Source: Nitrosopumilus sp.
GTDB taxonomy: Archaea > Thermoproteota > Nitrososphaeria > Nitrososphaerales > Nitrosopumilaceae
DNA: 64,000 nt
Direction: 5' to 3'
Assembly (NCBI GenBank): GCA_965207445.1
Contig: CBDBLX010000002.1
Coordinates: 1,623,849-1,687,848 of the forward strand
The notes below the pieces were generated by a model that saw only the letters and a program-made list of their open reading frames with translations, was not told the origin of the DNA and ran no database searches. Of this stretch, positions 32,562 to 43,675 are shown in pieces. Every line of letters starts with the position of its first letter. The stretch's first letter is position 1. A program made the position numbers and the translations under genes.

Positions 32562-32926
32562 GTAACCGTTCAACCCCCAAACCCAGAGAGCAACAGATAC
32601 GGCTTTGACTTGATTATCTGCCCACGCACTACGTGTACTGGTACTCTGGATCAGATCGCAAGGTCAATGCGTGATGGTATAAGGAGATATCGCCACTCAT
32701 TATTAGCTTGAAAAATAATGAGTGTGAATATCAATTATAATTCATCACGTGGATTGAATTTAACCAATACTGATACGGGAGTGTCTTGAGATGACTGTTG
32801 CAGTATCTGAGACGGTAGTGTTGTGCAGGGAACTGCACAAAATGGCTACGCAGATAGATAGGTGGTAGAGTGTTGAACGGTTACGGTGAATTTATGCCTA
32901 AATTTGGAAAGAGGTTGAACGGTTAC
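32562..32926. mobile_element. 323-bp IS66-derived element (32562-32884) abutting half a MITE B (32885-32926)
   Basis: GTAACCGTTCAAC...GTTGAACGGTTAC; interior matches the reverse complement of ~41933-42257. Confidence 0.85.
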
Positions 32927-32985
32927 AATTCAAATACATATTATATTATTAAAAAAAATAACATCATACATACATCTACACATTA

Positions 32986-34056
32986 TCAATTGTCAGTTAT
33001 TATAATCTTCATTGCATCATCAGCAGATCTAGCATGCTCAAATGCTCTTTGAGAATCATTCAACTCGTACGAGTGCGTTATCAATTCATCAACTTTGATC
33101 TGTTTTGATGCTATCAAGTCCAATGCATATGCAGTATCCTTATCAGATGCAGCATAACTTGTCAACATTGTAATTTCACGAGAATAAATATCAGCCATAT
33201 TAGCATCAAGTATTGCACCCTTTGATGGTACACCAAACATCATTACAGTGCCACCTCGTCGAGTTGCCAATATTGCATCTTTTAGTGCTACAAGACTACT
33301 TGTAGCAACAATTGAGATATCGACTCCAAGCCCACCAGTGTTCTGATGTATAATATCTTGTAAATTTGGATCATTTGATTTGATTGTGATAGTGGCGCCA
33401 ATTTTAGCTGCAAAATTTAATCTATAGTCATTTAAATCAGTACATATTATATTTGATGAGGCGCGCATCTTTGATAACATTACATGCAATATTCCAGTAG
33501 GGCCTACTCCAAATATGGCAACAGAGTCACCAGCCCTATGATCAATTTTATTCCAAGCACGCACACAACATGCAAGTGGTTCGATCATAGCTGCCTGCTC
33601 AAACGTTACACTATCAGGTAACTTTAACACACCTCCATGAGACACATTCCATGCAGGCACCACAAACTGCTCTGAAAGACCACATGGTGATAGATTTGTT
33701 TCATAGTATTTTGGACACATCGTCTCACACCCATGCTCACACAAATGACACGAATAACACGGTACATGATGATGTGCAAACACCCTGTCACCAGGTGAAA
33801 AAGATACATTATTATCTTCAACAGTATCAGATGACGCGCAAGTCATGTCACCTACTGCCAGCACCACACCGGCAGGCTCATGTCCAAGTTTCATAGATGG
33901 TTGCCCATATTGCCCAAACACTTTTTCAAGATCAGAGCCACATATGCCACAAGCCTTCATATCAACTAGTATCTCACCAGGTCCAGGTGACATACTAGAT
34001 GAGATATCGTCACGAACCTCAATCTTTGAGGGACCTGCAACATGTGCCGTCTTCAT
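32986..34056 (-). CDS. Zn-dependent medium-chain (polyol/threonine-like) dehydrogenase
   Basis: GICGSD, GHE, CxxCxxCx7C, EPLAC, GVGPTG. Confidence 0.92.
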   Translation of the reverse strand: MKTAHVAGPSKIEVRDDISSSMSPGPGEILVDMKACGICGSDLEKVFGQYGQPSMKLGHEPAGVVLAVGDMTCASSDTVEDNNVSFSPGDRVFAHHHVPCYSCHLCEHGCETMCPKYYETNLSPCGLSEQFVVPAWNVSHGGVLKLPDSVTFEQAAMIEPLACCVRAWNKIDHRAGDSVAIFGVGPTGILHVMLSKMRASSNIICTDLNDYRLNFAAKIGATITIKSNDPNLQDIIHQNTGGLGVDISIVATSSLVALKDAILATRRGGTVMMFGVPSKGAILDANMADIYSREITMLTSYAASDKDTAYALDLIASKQIKVDELITHSYELNDSQRAFEHARSADDAMKIIITDN

Positions 34057-34092
34057 TACACAGGGTGTTAATAATACCCATAAATAATATAC

Positions 34093-34410
34093 TCAAACAC
34101 CGAGTATCTTTTTGAGCATGGCTCTATAGTCGATCTCTGTCTTTTCACTACCAACAGCAGGGAGTGCAAATACCAAGGTAGATTTTTCTGCTCGCAGTTG
34201 TGTGAGTTCATCACCTATCTCTTTTGTTATATCATCACTTATCAAGACAAGTCCAACATCAGAGTCATCAGTAAGTTTTCGTATCTCATCGAGTGCCTCA
34301 CGTGGCTCTTCGGATACTATTCCTTGTACTCCTGCAAGTTGGAAGCTTGTGACAAATGATTTACTACCGACTGTGATTACTTTCATAATAAAAATACAAA
34401 CACATATCAA
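34093..34410 (-). CDS. atpF: A/V-type ATP synthase subunit F
   Basis: MKVITVG....TSFQLAGV, DVGLVLI, LKKILGV. Confidence 0.88.
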   Translation of the reverse strand: MICVCIFIMKVITVGSKSFVTSFQLAGVQGIVSEEPREALDEIRKLTDDSDVGLVLISDDITKEIGDELTQLRAEKSTLVFALPAVGSEKTEIDYRAMLKKILGV

Positions 34411-34465
34411 TTTAACTTTATTGAAAAATCAAAAGGTTATTTACTAGACACAAATACGACAAAAC

Positions 34466-34762
34466 ATGACAGAATATGACAAGTCAAAAGATGTGTATCT
34501 CTTTTTGCATGGAAGAATGGACTTGAAAGAAAAATCCATAGAATCACTTGTATCAGTAGGATTTTCAAAAGATAAAATCACAATGGCAAGACCCGATGCA
34601 GTGGGTAAGATAGGCGATTATATGGCAATGTTGTGGATGCCACCAAACCCGGATCATATTAAAATTCAACAGATAACAGAGATTGAAGCAGTAGAACCAA
34701 AAGGTATGATAGGATTGTGGAAAGGGGTCTCAAACGATCTTATAGATACAGTCTCATTGTAA
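34466..34762 (+). CDS. Hypothetical protein
   Basis: 98-aa ORF with host-like codon usage. Confidence 0.7.
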   Translation: MTEYDKSKDVYLFLHGRMDLKEKSIESLVSVGFSKDKITMARPDAVGKIGDYMAMLWMPPNPDHIKIQQITEIEAVEPKGMIGLWKGVSNDLIDTVSL

Positions 34763-34921
34763 TAGAAAGTAATACAATTGCATATTTAAAATATCAGAGG
34801 GTAAATTAATCCAAATTGTAAGTGTTGCTTGGATAGTTTCATGTAAACATGTGTACATATATGTAAAGAGTTTATTGATCTTTAATCAAAAAAATAGTAA
34901 TAATAATTTACTTTACAACAC

Positions 34922-35257
34922 CTAGCTAAAACCAGCGCCAAATTTTGATCCTCTATCAAGTATGTTATCATGATCTTTGTTATGGTTTTTATGATCACTG
35001 TTTTTCATCTTTCTGTAAAGCAATGCTTCATACACAATATTTTGAGTCTTTGTTAAATAATCAGCATCTGATTTAGATATCCCACATGCTACAAGGTTTA
35101 CTTGTTTTGCATATGATTTGATCTTTTCAGGATCTTGTTCATCAGTAGATATATCATCATGTAACATTAAATTTGCAATTCGTTCAACTTCACGATTAAG
35201 CGACATGTCACTTGACGGATAATGAGCATCATTGTGTGAGTGTGATTCGGATTCCAT
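34922..35257 (-). CDS. Hypothetical protein
   Basis: 111-aa ORF. Confidence 0.65.
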   Translation of the reverse strand: MESESHSHNDAHYPSSDMSLNREVERIANLMLHDDISTDEQDPEKIKSYAKQVNLVACGISKSDADYLTKTQNIVYEALLYRKMKNSDHKNHNKDHDNILDRGSKFGAGFS

Positions 35258-35346
35258 TATATCAAATAAAGAACATAGTCCCTATTAACGTATTTTCAAA
35301 TCAAAATATCAAGGAAAATTACACATACAATTTCAAAGCCAGACAA

Positions 35347-35661
35347 TCACACATCAGATACAAGCCCATACATAAAACCATAAAACTCTTCATCAGCAAA
35401 CTCAATTATATCGATCAAATTGTAATCGTGTGCAAATTGAGCCGATTTTAAATGATAACAGGTAGGGTTTTTTCCACTAGTCATCTCAAAATAAAATGCA
35501 CGACACGAACAAAAATTCAAACTTGTATCAATCCAGTGCTCACCACCGTGTCCCACAACAGTCATGACAACTCTCCCACTTGGTAAAAATTTATGCAGTT
35601 TAACTTTTTTCTCAAGTGCAGTTGACTTTGCTTTGTATGGTATGGTGTCACCGTTATTCAT
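35347..35661 (-). CDS. SWIM zinc-finger small protein
   Basis: FCSC...F...CYHL. Confidence 0.75.
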   Translation of the reverse strand: MNNGDTIPYKAKSTALEKKVKLHKFLPSGRVVMTVVGHGGEHWIDTSLNFCSCRAFYFEMTSGKNPTCYHLKSAQFAHDYNLIDIIEFADEEFYGFMYGLVSDV

Positions 35662-35717
35662 AAAATATAATTATGTGTAACATGTATAAAATTATTTCAT
35701 AGGTATAATCTAAAATT

Positions 35718-35866
35718 GTATAAACCAAGCTCATTGAACACAATAATAAAATTACATATTTATATTTATACATATTTCTATCTGTATATTGAATATTGTA
35801 TATGCAATGTATTTGACTAGAAGTAATTTTTAAATGATTATATTAATCATGAAGTGTGGCACACAC
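35718..35866 (-). mobile_element. MITE family A, degenerate
   Basis: GTATAAACCAAGCTC start; aligns with 28854-29001. Confidence 0.75.
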
Positions 35867-35990
35867 GAAAAACCATTATGAAAGAATTTGAATGTTTGAG
35901 AGTGAATTTATTGAATAATCATATTAAGATCAAAAATTGTATCAAAAATGACATTAAAAAATGCATCATATATTACTTATAAAATGATCA

Positions 35991-38900
35991 TTAAGTGTTG
36001 TCATGTACGATATTATCATCATCATCATCATCATCACCATCACCATCACCATCATTGTTATGCACATATGATTGCAAAGGCTTTCTTGTAGTCTTATTTG
36101 TACAAAGCCACTCCAATGTCTTTACAAAAGAGTCGGCAAGCTCAACTGTAGTCAATACAGGTACACCCAACTCTAAGGCTTTGCGACGTATCTGATACTC
36201 ATCATCAAGCATACCTACATATTTTTCCAGAGTCGATGTGCTAGGTATATTCAAGATAAAGTCAATCTTTCGCTCGTATAGTAGATCTGCAATATTTGGC
36301 TTGCGGTCAGGCTCTGATATCTTGTGAACTGTTTGAACAGAGCCAATGTGCTCTGATATGAACTCTGCAGTATGTTCTGTTGCCATAATCTGAAACCCCA
36401 AATCTTTTAGTTTTGCAACAGCAGGAATTAACATCTCCTTGTTGCGTGCACCACCTACAGTGACAAGCGCAGCACCAGACTCTGGCATCATATATCCTAC
36501 TGATGCCAACCCCTTTGAGAGTGCATCATAAAAGCTGTTTCCAAAACAGGCAGCCTCGCCAGTGGATTGCATCTCTACACCTAGTGCAATATCTGCCCCA
36601 TCAAGCTGCATAAATGAAAATTGAGGTACCTTTATTCCATATGTATCAGTGCTACGCCATCTAGTCTCAGGTATACGCAAAAGTGGCTTGCCGAGTATCG
36701 CTCGTGCTGCAAGTGATATTAAATTTGTTCTTACAAACTTTGATACAAATGGCATTGAGCGAGACGCACGTATATTCAGCTCGATCACATACACCTGCCC
36801 ATCATTGACTAAAAACTGCAAGTTAAATGGACCACGTATATCAAATGTAAGTGCTATCTTTTTTGTATATTCAGTTATAGTATCAATCGTATTGTTGTTT
36901 AGTCTCCAAGGAGGTATACACATCATCGCATCACCAGAATGCACACCTGCGCTATCAATATGCTCAACTATAGCCCCAATCACAACACTAGTGCCATCTG
37001 CAACACCATCAACGTCCACCTCTAGTGAATCAAGCATAAATTTTGATATCACAACAGGATGGTCAGGTGAGACATCCGCTGCTTCCTTTACATATGTGCT
37101 CAACTCATTTTTTGACCAGACCACCTTCATTGCAGCACCTGATAACACGTAAGAGGGCCTCACAATAACTGGATAACCTACTGTATCTGCAAATTCACGT
37201 GCATCTTCAATGCTTGTGAACTCTTGCCATTGAGGCTGTCTAATCCGTAACTTGTCAAGCTCAGCACTGAACTTTGAGCGATTCTCTGCTCTATCTACAT
37301 TTTCAGCACTAGTTCCTAAAATAGATACACCACGACTAGCAGCATCAAGTGTCAAATTGTTTGCAGTCTGTCCCCCAACACACGTGATCACACCTTTTGG
37401 ACTCTCAAAATCAGATATGTCAAGTAAACGTTCCAGAGTAAGCTCCTCAAAGTACAGTCTAGTGCATATATCATAATCAGTTGAGACTGTCTCAGGATTA
37501 CAATTAACTACAACTACATTTTTTTCACCATGCTCTTGCAGGCCCCAGACCATGTTTACTGTCCCCCAATCAAACTCTACACTGCTCCCGATACGATACG
37601 GTCCTGCACCCACCACAACAATGCCCTTGTCAACATCAGACAAATGTACATCATTAGTGTCACCGCCATATGTCATGTACAAGTAATTGGTGACAGCAGG
37701 CCATTCTGCTGCCAACGTATCTATCTGCTTTACAACAGGTACAATACCCATCGATTTTCGAAGCAAACGTATTTGATCAGATGTGGTATTTTGTGCTCGT
37801 GCAATCTGAACATCAGAAAATCCCATCTTTTTTGCATCTCGCATCATGTTGCCAGATATGTTATTAGATGAGTGACTAGAGGAAGAGTTGTCATGCGATG
37901 TAGATTCAGCACGAGTACTCTGAGATGAAAGTTTGTCAGCAGTGTTTACAATGTTACGTATTTTTTCAATAAACCACGGATCAATTGCAGATAACTTGTA
38001 TATTCTATCAGTAGACAGTCCCATTTTAATTGCAATTGCAACATTGTACAGTATACGATCATTGTGATGAGACAAACGCTCCTCTATATCCTCTACATCA
38101 ATTGTATCGGTATGTGACATGTCACCAGTGTCATTACGATTCAACACAAGACCATCATCTCCAATACCCAACATGCGAATTGCCTTTTGCAATGACTCCT
38201 CAAACGTGCGTCCTACTGCCATTACCTCACCTACGGACTTCATTGTTGGGCCTAACCTGCGGTTTGCCATCTCAAATTTACCAAAGTCCCATCTAGGGTG
38301 CTTGCATACGACATAGTCAAGGGACGGCTCAAAGCAAGCAGTAGTACTTTTTGTAATTCTATTTAATAGTTCAGATAAATTATACCCAAGCCCTATCTTG
38401 GCAGACATGTATGCAAGTGGATAGCCAGTTGCTTTGCTTGCAAGCGCAGAGGAGCGAGAAAGTCTAGGATTTATCTCAATTGCAGCAAAACGGTCAGAGT
38501 CAGGTGCCAGAGTATACTGTATGTTGCACTCACCAACTATACCCACATGTCCTGTTGCGCGCAGGGCAGCTGAGCGTAACATGTGGTACTCTGCATTATC
38601 TATGGTTTGAGACGGTGCCACGACGATATTGTCACCAGTGTGCACCTTCATTGAGAGTACATTTTCCATATTGCATACGATCACACTATTCCCAGCATAA
38701 TCTTGCATCACTTCATATTCAATCTGCTTCCAATCTCCAACATACTCTTCGATCAAAACTTGTCCCACTAGACTTGCCTTGAGTCCACGCTCTACTATCT
38801 CGTGTAGTTCTATCTCATTGTACGCAACACCTCCGCCGCGTCCACCAAGTGTATACGCAACACGAATTATCACAGGATATCCTAGTTTTTCTGCTATTGA

Positions 38901-39389
38901 TTTGGCATCAGTAAAGTTTGTCACTGTTTTGCTATCCAATACAGGAACACCTGCTTCTTTCATTGAATCCTTGAAGAGTTGTCTATCCTCTGTTCGTTTG
39001 ATACCAGATATGGGTGTACCTAATACATGGATACCATATTTGTCAAGTATTCCTAATTCATCTAACTTTACACCACAGTTTAGTGCAGTTTGACCACCGT
39101 ATGCAAGCATTATGCCATCAGGTCTTTCAGATTCGATTATCGATGTCACATAGTCTGGTGTGACGGGCAACAGATACACACGGTTTGCAAAACGTGTATC
39201 AGTTTGAATTGTTGCAATATTCGGATTTATTAGTACACTTGCAAGTCCATCTTCATGTATTGCTTTGAGGCATTGGCTACCAGAGTAGTCGAATTGGCGG
39301 TCGTTTTAGCGACTTTCGCCGGCTTCTCCGATTTTAATTGCCCCGCTTCCAAGTACAAGTATCTTTTTGAGTGACTCTTTTCTTGGCAT
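35991..39389 (-). CDS. carB: Carbamoyl-phosphate synthase large subunit; join(39389..39315, 39293..35991) across a 21-nt intron
   Basis: Exon 1 MPRKESLKKILVLGSGAIKIGEAGE after SD GGAGGTGA; exon 2 FDYSGSQCLKA... in frame with the 1062-aa ORF; two ATP-grasp halves and MGS domain. Confidence 0.95.
39294..39314 (-). other. Putative archaeal BHB/BHL-type pre-mRNA intron (21 nt)
   Basis: AGTCGCTAAAACGACCGCCAA carries an in-frame TAA; folds GGCG-AAA-GTCG(CTAAAA)CGAC-CGCC-AAT; canonical cuts restore GGC GAA TTC GAC. Confidence 0.85.
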
Positions 39390-39394
39390 TTGTT

Positions 39395-40765
39395 TTAATC
39401 ACCTCCCCTTCCTTTTTCTTTTTCATCTTTGGCACACTTTGTGCCATCATGTGGCTCGCACACAACAGAAGTAGGATTTGACCCCATATTATTTGGATCA
39501 TTGTTATGGTTATGTTCATTGTGGTGTTCATTGTGGTGATCATTACAATGATCATTATCAACATTAGCACACTCAATCAAACGCTTCAAGTCCTCAAATA
39601 CAAATTTACAATCGTACGGTCCAGGGGCAGCCTCTGGATGAAATTGAACTGCAATACATCTACTTGACTTGTGACGTATTCCTTCTACTGTCTGATCGTC
39701 TGCATTTGAGAACCACAACTCAAACTCAGAGTCAGGTAACGAGTCAGGGTGTATTCCATAACCATGATTCTGACTCGTAACATATGTCTGACCAGTCTCA
39801 AGGTTAATGCACGGTTTGTTCTGTCCTCTGTGTCCATATTTTAGTTTGTATGTAGTAGCATTTCCAGCCAATCCAAGTATTTGGGCGCCAAGACATATTC
39901 CAAGTGTTGGAACATCATCTTTGATCAGTTGTTTAGCAGTCTGTATGGTTTGAGGACAGTTTTCAGGATCGCCAGGTCCACTGCTCAACACCACACCAAC
40001 AGGATTGTACGACATAATTTTCTCATACGGGGTATCCCACGGAACCAGTATTGCACCATATCCAAGTGAACGTATATTGCGCAGTATAGCATGCTTTGCA
40101 CCAGTGTCAATTATTACTACAAGTGGTGGTAATTTATGAGACATATCATCATCAAAAGAAGGCACAGTGCACCCATATGCACGAGGTTTTGATATTGAAA
40201 CAGAACTCATAAAATGCTCAGAAGTGTACAGAGGTGCGTTTGTAAGTTTGTGTTTTATCATATCAGTGCTCAAGGGATCGGATTCTTTTGGATCATCATA
40301 ATGGTCATCTACTGCAAGTGCTGCCATCATAACACCACCAGTTCTGAGTTTCTTTGTAAGTGCACGCGTATCAATTCCAGATATGCCTGGTACGCCTTCT
40401 TTATACAGCCACTCATCAAGTGTCATATGAGCATTCCAGTGACTGGCGACAAGTGACAGTTCATGAACTATGAGTCCACGCGCCTGAATTTTATCAGACT
40501 CAAAATATCGCGGTATGCCATCTGTATCAGATATTGCAGGATCTGGAACACCGTAATTTCCAACAAGAGGATATGTCAGAGTCAACAACTGTCCATTGTA
40601 GGATGGATCGGTGAGTGCTTCGGTGTATCCGACCATACCAGTATTGAATACAACCTCACCAAATACAGTGGTGCTACTACCAAATCCTTCACCTTCAAAG
40701 ACAGTACCATCATCTAGGACTAGTTTTCCACGTTTTTGTGCATAGCACGAGTTTTTGATAGTAAT
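39395..40765 (-). CDS. carA: Carbamoyl-phosphate synthase small subunit (true start upstream of the ORF call, probably ATT)
   Basis: Frame continues upstream as KRGKLVLDDGTVFEGEGFG...GEVVFNTGMVGY; GICLG, QNHG, QFHPE. Confidence 0.92.
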   Translation of the reverse strand: MTIKNSCYAQKRGKLVLDDGTVFEGEGFGSSTTVFGEVVFNTGMVGYTEALTDPSYNGQLLTLTYPLVGNYGVPDPAISDTDGIPRYFESDKIQARGLIVHELSLVASHWNAHMTLDEWLYKEGVPGISGIDTRALTKKLRTGGVMMAALAVDDHYDDPKESDPLSTDMIKHKLTNAPLYTSEHFMSSVSISKPRAYGCTVPSFDDDMSHKLPPLVVIIDTGAKHAILRNIRSLGYGAILVPWDTPYEKIMSYNPVGVVLSSGPGDPENCPQTIQTAKQLIKDDVPTLGICLGAQILGLAGNATTYKLKYGHRGQNKPCINLETGQTYVTSQNHGYGIHPDSLPDSEFELWFSNADDQTVEGIRHKSSRCIAVQFHPEAAPGPYDCKFVFEDLKRLIECANVDNDHCNDHHNEHHNEHNHNNDPNNMGSNPTSVVCEPHDGTKCAKDEKEKGRGGD

Positions 40766-40854
40766 TTTAACCCTCGTAGAGTCGGATATGGTTTGAATTT
40801 AAATTTTATGATGCATGTGAGGTTGGTGCGTAATTGACATTAGACCTGCCTGTG

Positions 40855-40935
40855 GTAACCGTTCAACCCCTTTCCAAATTTAGGCACAAATTCACCGCCT
40901 AATGTCTGGCTCAGGTACGGGGGTTGAACGGTTAC
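40855..40935 (-). mobile_element. MITE family B (81 bp)
   Basis: Perfect TIRs GTAACCGTTCAACCCC...GGGGTTGAACGGTTAC. Confidence 0.92.
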
Positions 40936-41035
40936 CTCCAAAGGCATTTATCACATGATGTCGTATACTAGTTGATGCGAAACGAGTCGCATCGCTAAGG
41001 GCGCAATGGTGGCGGGTATGCGATCTTGCGTCCAT

Positions 41036-41400
41036 TTACAATTTGGGAAATACTGTCATTTCATATCCGGCAATCACTCCATCGTGACGTTTCTGCGCCT
41101 TCTGAAGTATGATATTGTAATAGTCCTCAAAACAGGGGGTTTTGTTCATGTACCACGTCGTGCCGTAGGCTATTGCATCTGCAACCTGCAGCCGTCGCTT
41201 TCGGTTGACGACAAAAAGAGTGACGGTTCCACCAGATTCCGGATGAAAGTCCAATAACTCCCGACCTTTCTAAGATTGTTTATAACAGTTAGAATTCTAT
41301 CATCTTTGGCATTCAGGGTATTTGGTTTGTTTGAGGTTCTGTCAATCCTGATCAGCCCCTTGCTGTTGTTTTTCTGTAGGTACTTGTCCATCTGCGTATT
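41036..41400 (-). pseudogene. DUF3800-like (RNase H fold) protein fragment
   Basis: LVEPSLFLSSTES then frameshift to LQVADAIAY; N-terminus missing. Confidence 0.6.
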
Positions 41401-41529
41401 GTAATCAACTGAGCGTTATTATTGCCACTTGTTTATATATGACTATATAATGTCGAGATCATTATGATCAGAAAAATGCACATGATCTTTTATCTTATAT
41501 GTGCGCTTCAAAAAGAAAAATAGTTACGA

Positions 41530-42257
41530 TTGATCTGTGTACAGTCTTACCCTTCTTGCCCTTACCTGCGTCTACCCATTCCTCATATCAGTAGTTTTCT
41601 GCATTCTTTTTGCGGTATTTGACAATCTTTGACTGAGTATCGCTGCCATGGACGGAGGAGTGTTTGAGTTGCTTGTGCGCTTGTCTTGCTTTTTTTCATC
41701 ATCGCGTTCTTTTTCGGCCTTTTCTACTCTCTTCTCATCGTGAGTGGACGCTTCTAGTTCAGTTTCGTCAAACTCTATGTTGTTTTCAGACAGTAGACTT
41801 GCCAAAGTATTTGTCTGCCTGTTCTGCCCATCTAACCGTTCGTGTATCTAATCTCTCTGCCGGATGGCCGATTCTACCCTCACTTTTTTACTCAATACAT
41901 CCATCTTTATACTGCCCATTGTGCCTCTCAGGCACTCTACCACACATCCACAAGACTATCTATCCGCGTGGACATTTCGTGCAGTTCCCTGCGCAGCACT
42001 ACCGACTTAGATACTGCAACAGTCATCTCAAGATACCCTTGTACCCGTATTGGTTAAATTCAATCCACATGATGAATTGTTATTGATATTTGTACTCGTT
42101 ATTTTTCAAGCTAATAATGAGTGACGATATCTGCTTGTCACCTCACGCATTGACTTGCGATCTGATCTAGAGTGACAGTACACGTAATGCGTGAGCAGAT
42201 AATAAAGTCAAAGCCACATCGGTTGTTACTCTGGGATTGAGGGGATTGAACGGTTAC
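41530..42257 (-). mobile_element. Left end and N-terminal remnant of an IS66-family transposase gene
   Basis: GTAACCGTTCAAT terminus at 42257; coiled-coil ORF with SNSNTPPS resembling the IS66 NSSxPPS motif. Confidence 0.6.
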
Positions 42258-42305
42258 ATACCCGTCATTCACAACGTATAACATCTACTATACTCACCGT
42301 CACAC

Positions 42306-42782
42306 ATGACAGATCCGCGCCTGGCAAAATTCATCCAATTCTTAGAGGACGAGAACTTGGTAAAATTTGACATAGATGGAGAAGGAGAGCGCCAGTTTGA
42401 GAACCGGTTCCTGATTCAAAAGTACGTGTTTCTGGCCAAGAAATTCGGGCTTGATCTGCCGTATGACTATGACATTTACACGTGTGGGCCCTACTCTAGT
42501 GCCCTTACCAATACATACTACAGCATGGCAAGAAATGGGAACGTGTACCTGCTGGCCGACAACTCGTCCCTGGGAGCGTCGTTTGATGTGGAGGGGTTTC
42601 TCAAGGCAGTACGCGACAAGGACAAGCGCTGGCTAAGGGCTGCCACCACCCTGATCGACTGCAGGAATCTTTACCAAAATCGCGAGGATCTGGTCGAGAT
42701 TGCCAAGCACATAGAAGACGACGAGGAGGACATGTACGTCTCAAAAACACTGTCAGATCTGGACGCGTTACGTATTTTGTAG
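42306..42782 (+). CDS. SocA/Panacea-like antitoxin-family protein
   Basis: IQKYVFLA..FGLDLPYDY..Y..GPYSSAL. Confidence 0.7.
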   Translation: MTDPRLAKFIQFLEDENLVKFDIDGEGERQFENRFLIQKYVFLAKKFGLDLPYDYDIYTCGPYSSALTNTYYSMARNGNVYLLADNSSLGASFDVEGFLKAVRDKDKRWLRAATTLIDCRNLYQNREDLVEIAKHIEDDEEDMYVSKTLSDLDALRIL

Positions 42783-43307
42783 GGATCCTTGGATCTTTAG
42801 ACGGGTATTTCTGGATCCGTTCTCAAACAGGCTGTTCTCGTACTTTTTGATTTTCAGGCTTGCCAGTATGACCCTGTCGCGAGTAAAAAAGAACTTGGAG
42901 TCGGGATCGGACAGCACCTCTGAAAGGATCATCGCATCGTTAGGCGTCAGGCGATCATCAAGGCCCTGCATGTCCAGCATTATGCGTGGCGTATACCTGC
43001 TGGCGCCCGGAATGCAATCCTCGACGCTTATCTTGTGCTTGAAAAATATCTCGCCAAGATTCCCGAGATCATTTCTTAGATTGTCGGCGTCCGACTTGTC
43101 TAGAATTTTGGCCACAATTTCTCCAAGTATTATTTGTGGCACGAGCACGCGGTATGAGTTGTTGTCCAGCTGCGAGAGCAGTAGTCAGGCATCCTGTGAG
43201 TCACCTTCGTCATATATTACACTTAGAAAATAATGTGCGTCTATGTATGCCCTAGAGACACCGCCCCCGTCTCCGGGGCGCACCCATCCTCTGGAACCGC
43301 GCCCCAT
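42768..43307 (-). pseudogene. PIN-domain (VapC-like) protein with in-frame TGA at 43185-43187
   Basis: AYIDAHYFL...* ...LVPQIILGE...LTPNDAMIL...FFTRD; both ORF pieces share a frame. Confidence 0.75.
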
Positions 43308-43402
43308 CAGGTCGTCCCAGCCTTGGAAACTATCGCAACATATGATACAGCCATGCAGAACATGCTGACTGAGTATTATTAAAGTCACGTACCCGCGTTA
43401 TT

Positions 43403-43483
43403 GTAACCGTTCAACCCCTTCTCAAATTTAGGCACAAATTCACCGCCTGACATCTGGAGTAGGCACGGGGGTTGAACGGTTGC
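43403..43483 (-). mobile_element. MITE family B (81 bp)
   Basis: TIRs and core near-identical to 40855-40935. Confidence 0.92.
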
Positions 43484-43675
43484 CCTCCCGGAAACAACCT
43501 AGTTTAAATAATACAATTAGCTATTACGCGTATGGAAGACAACGCTCCCAATGCGACCAAAAAGAGTGCCGAAAAGCCACTATTTGGAAGTAGAGAGGCA
43601 CCATCATACAATTCTGTTTCAACGCCACCACCAGGCTTGACACAGGGAAAACCTAGACCGCCTAAGGCTGATTGA

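Noticed and set aside
34093..34410. ATP synthase subunit F away from the rest of its operon
   Set aside because: To my knowledge a separate subunit F gene is usual in this archaeal group
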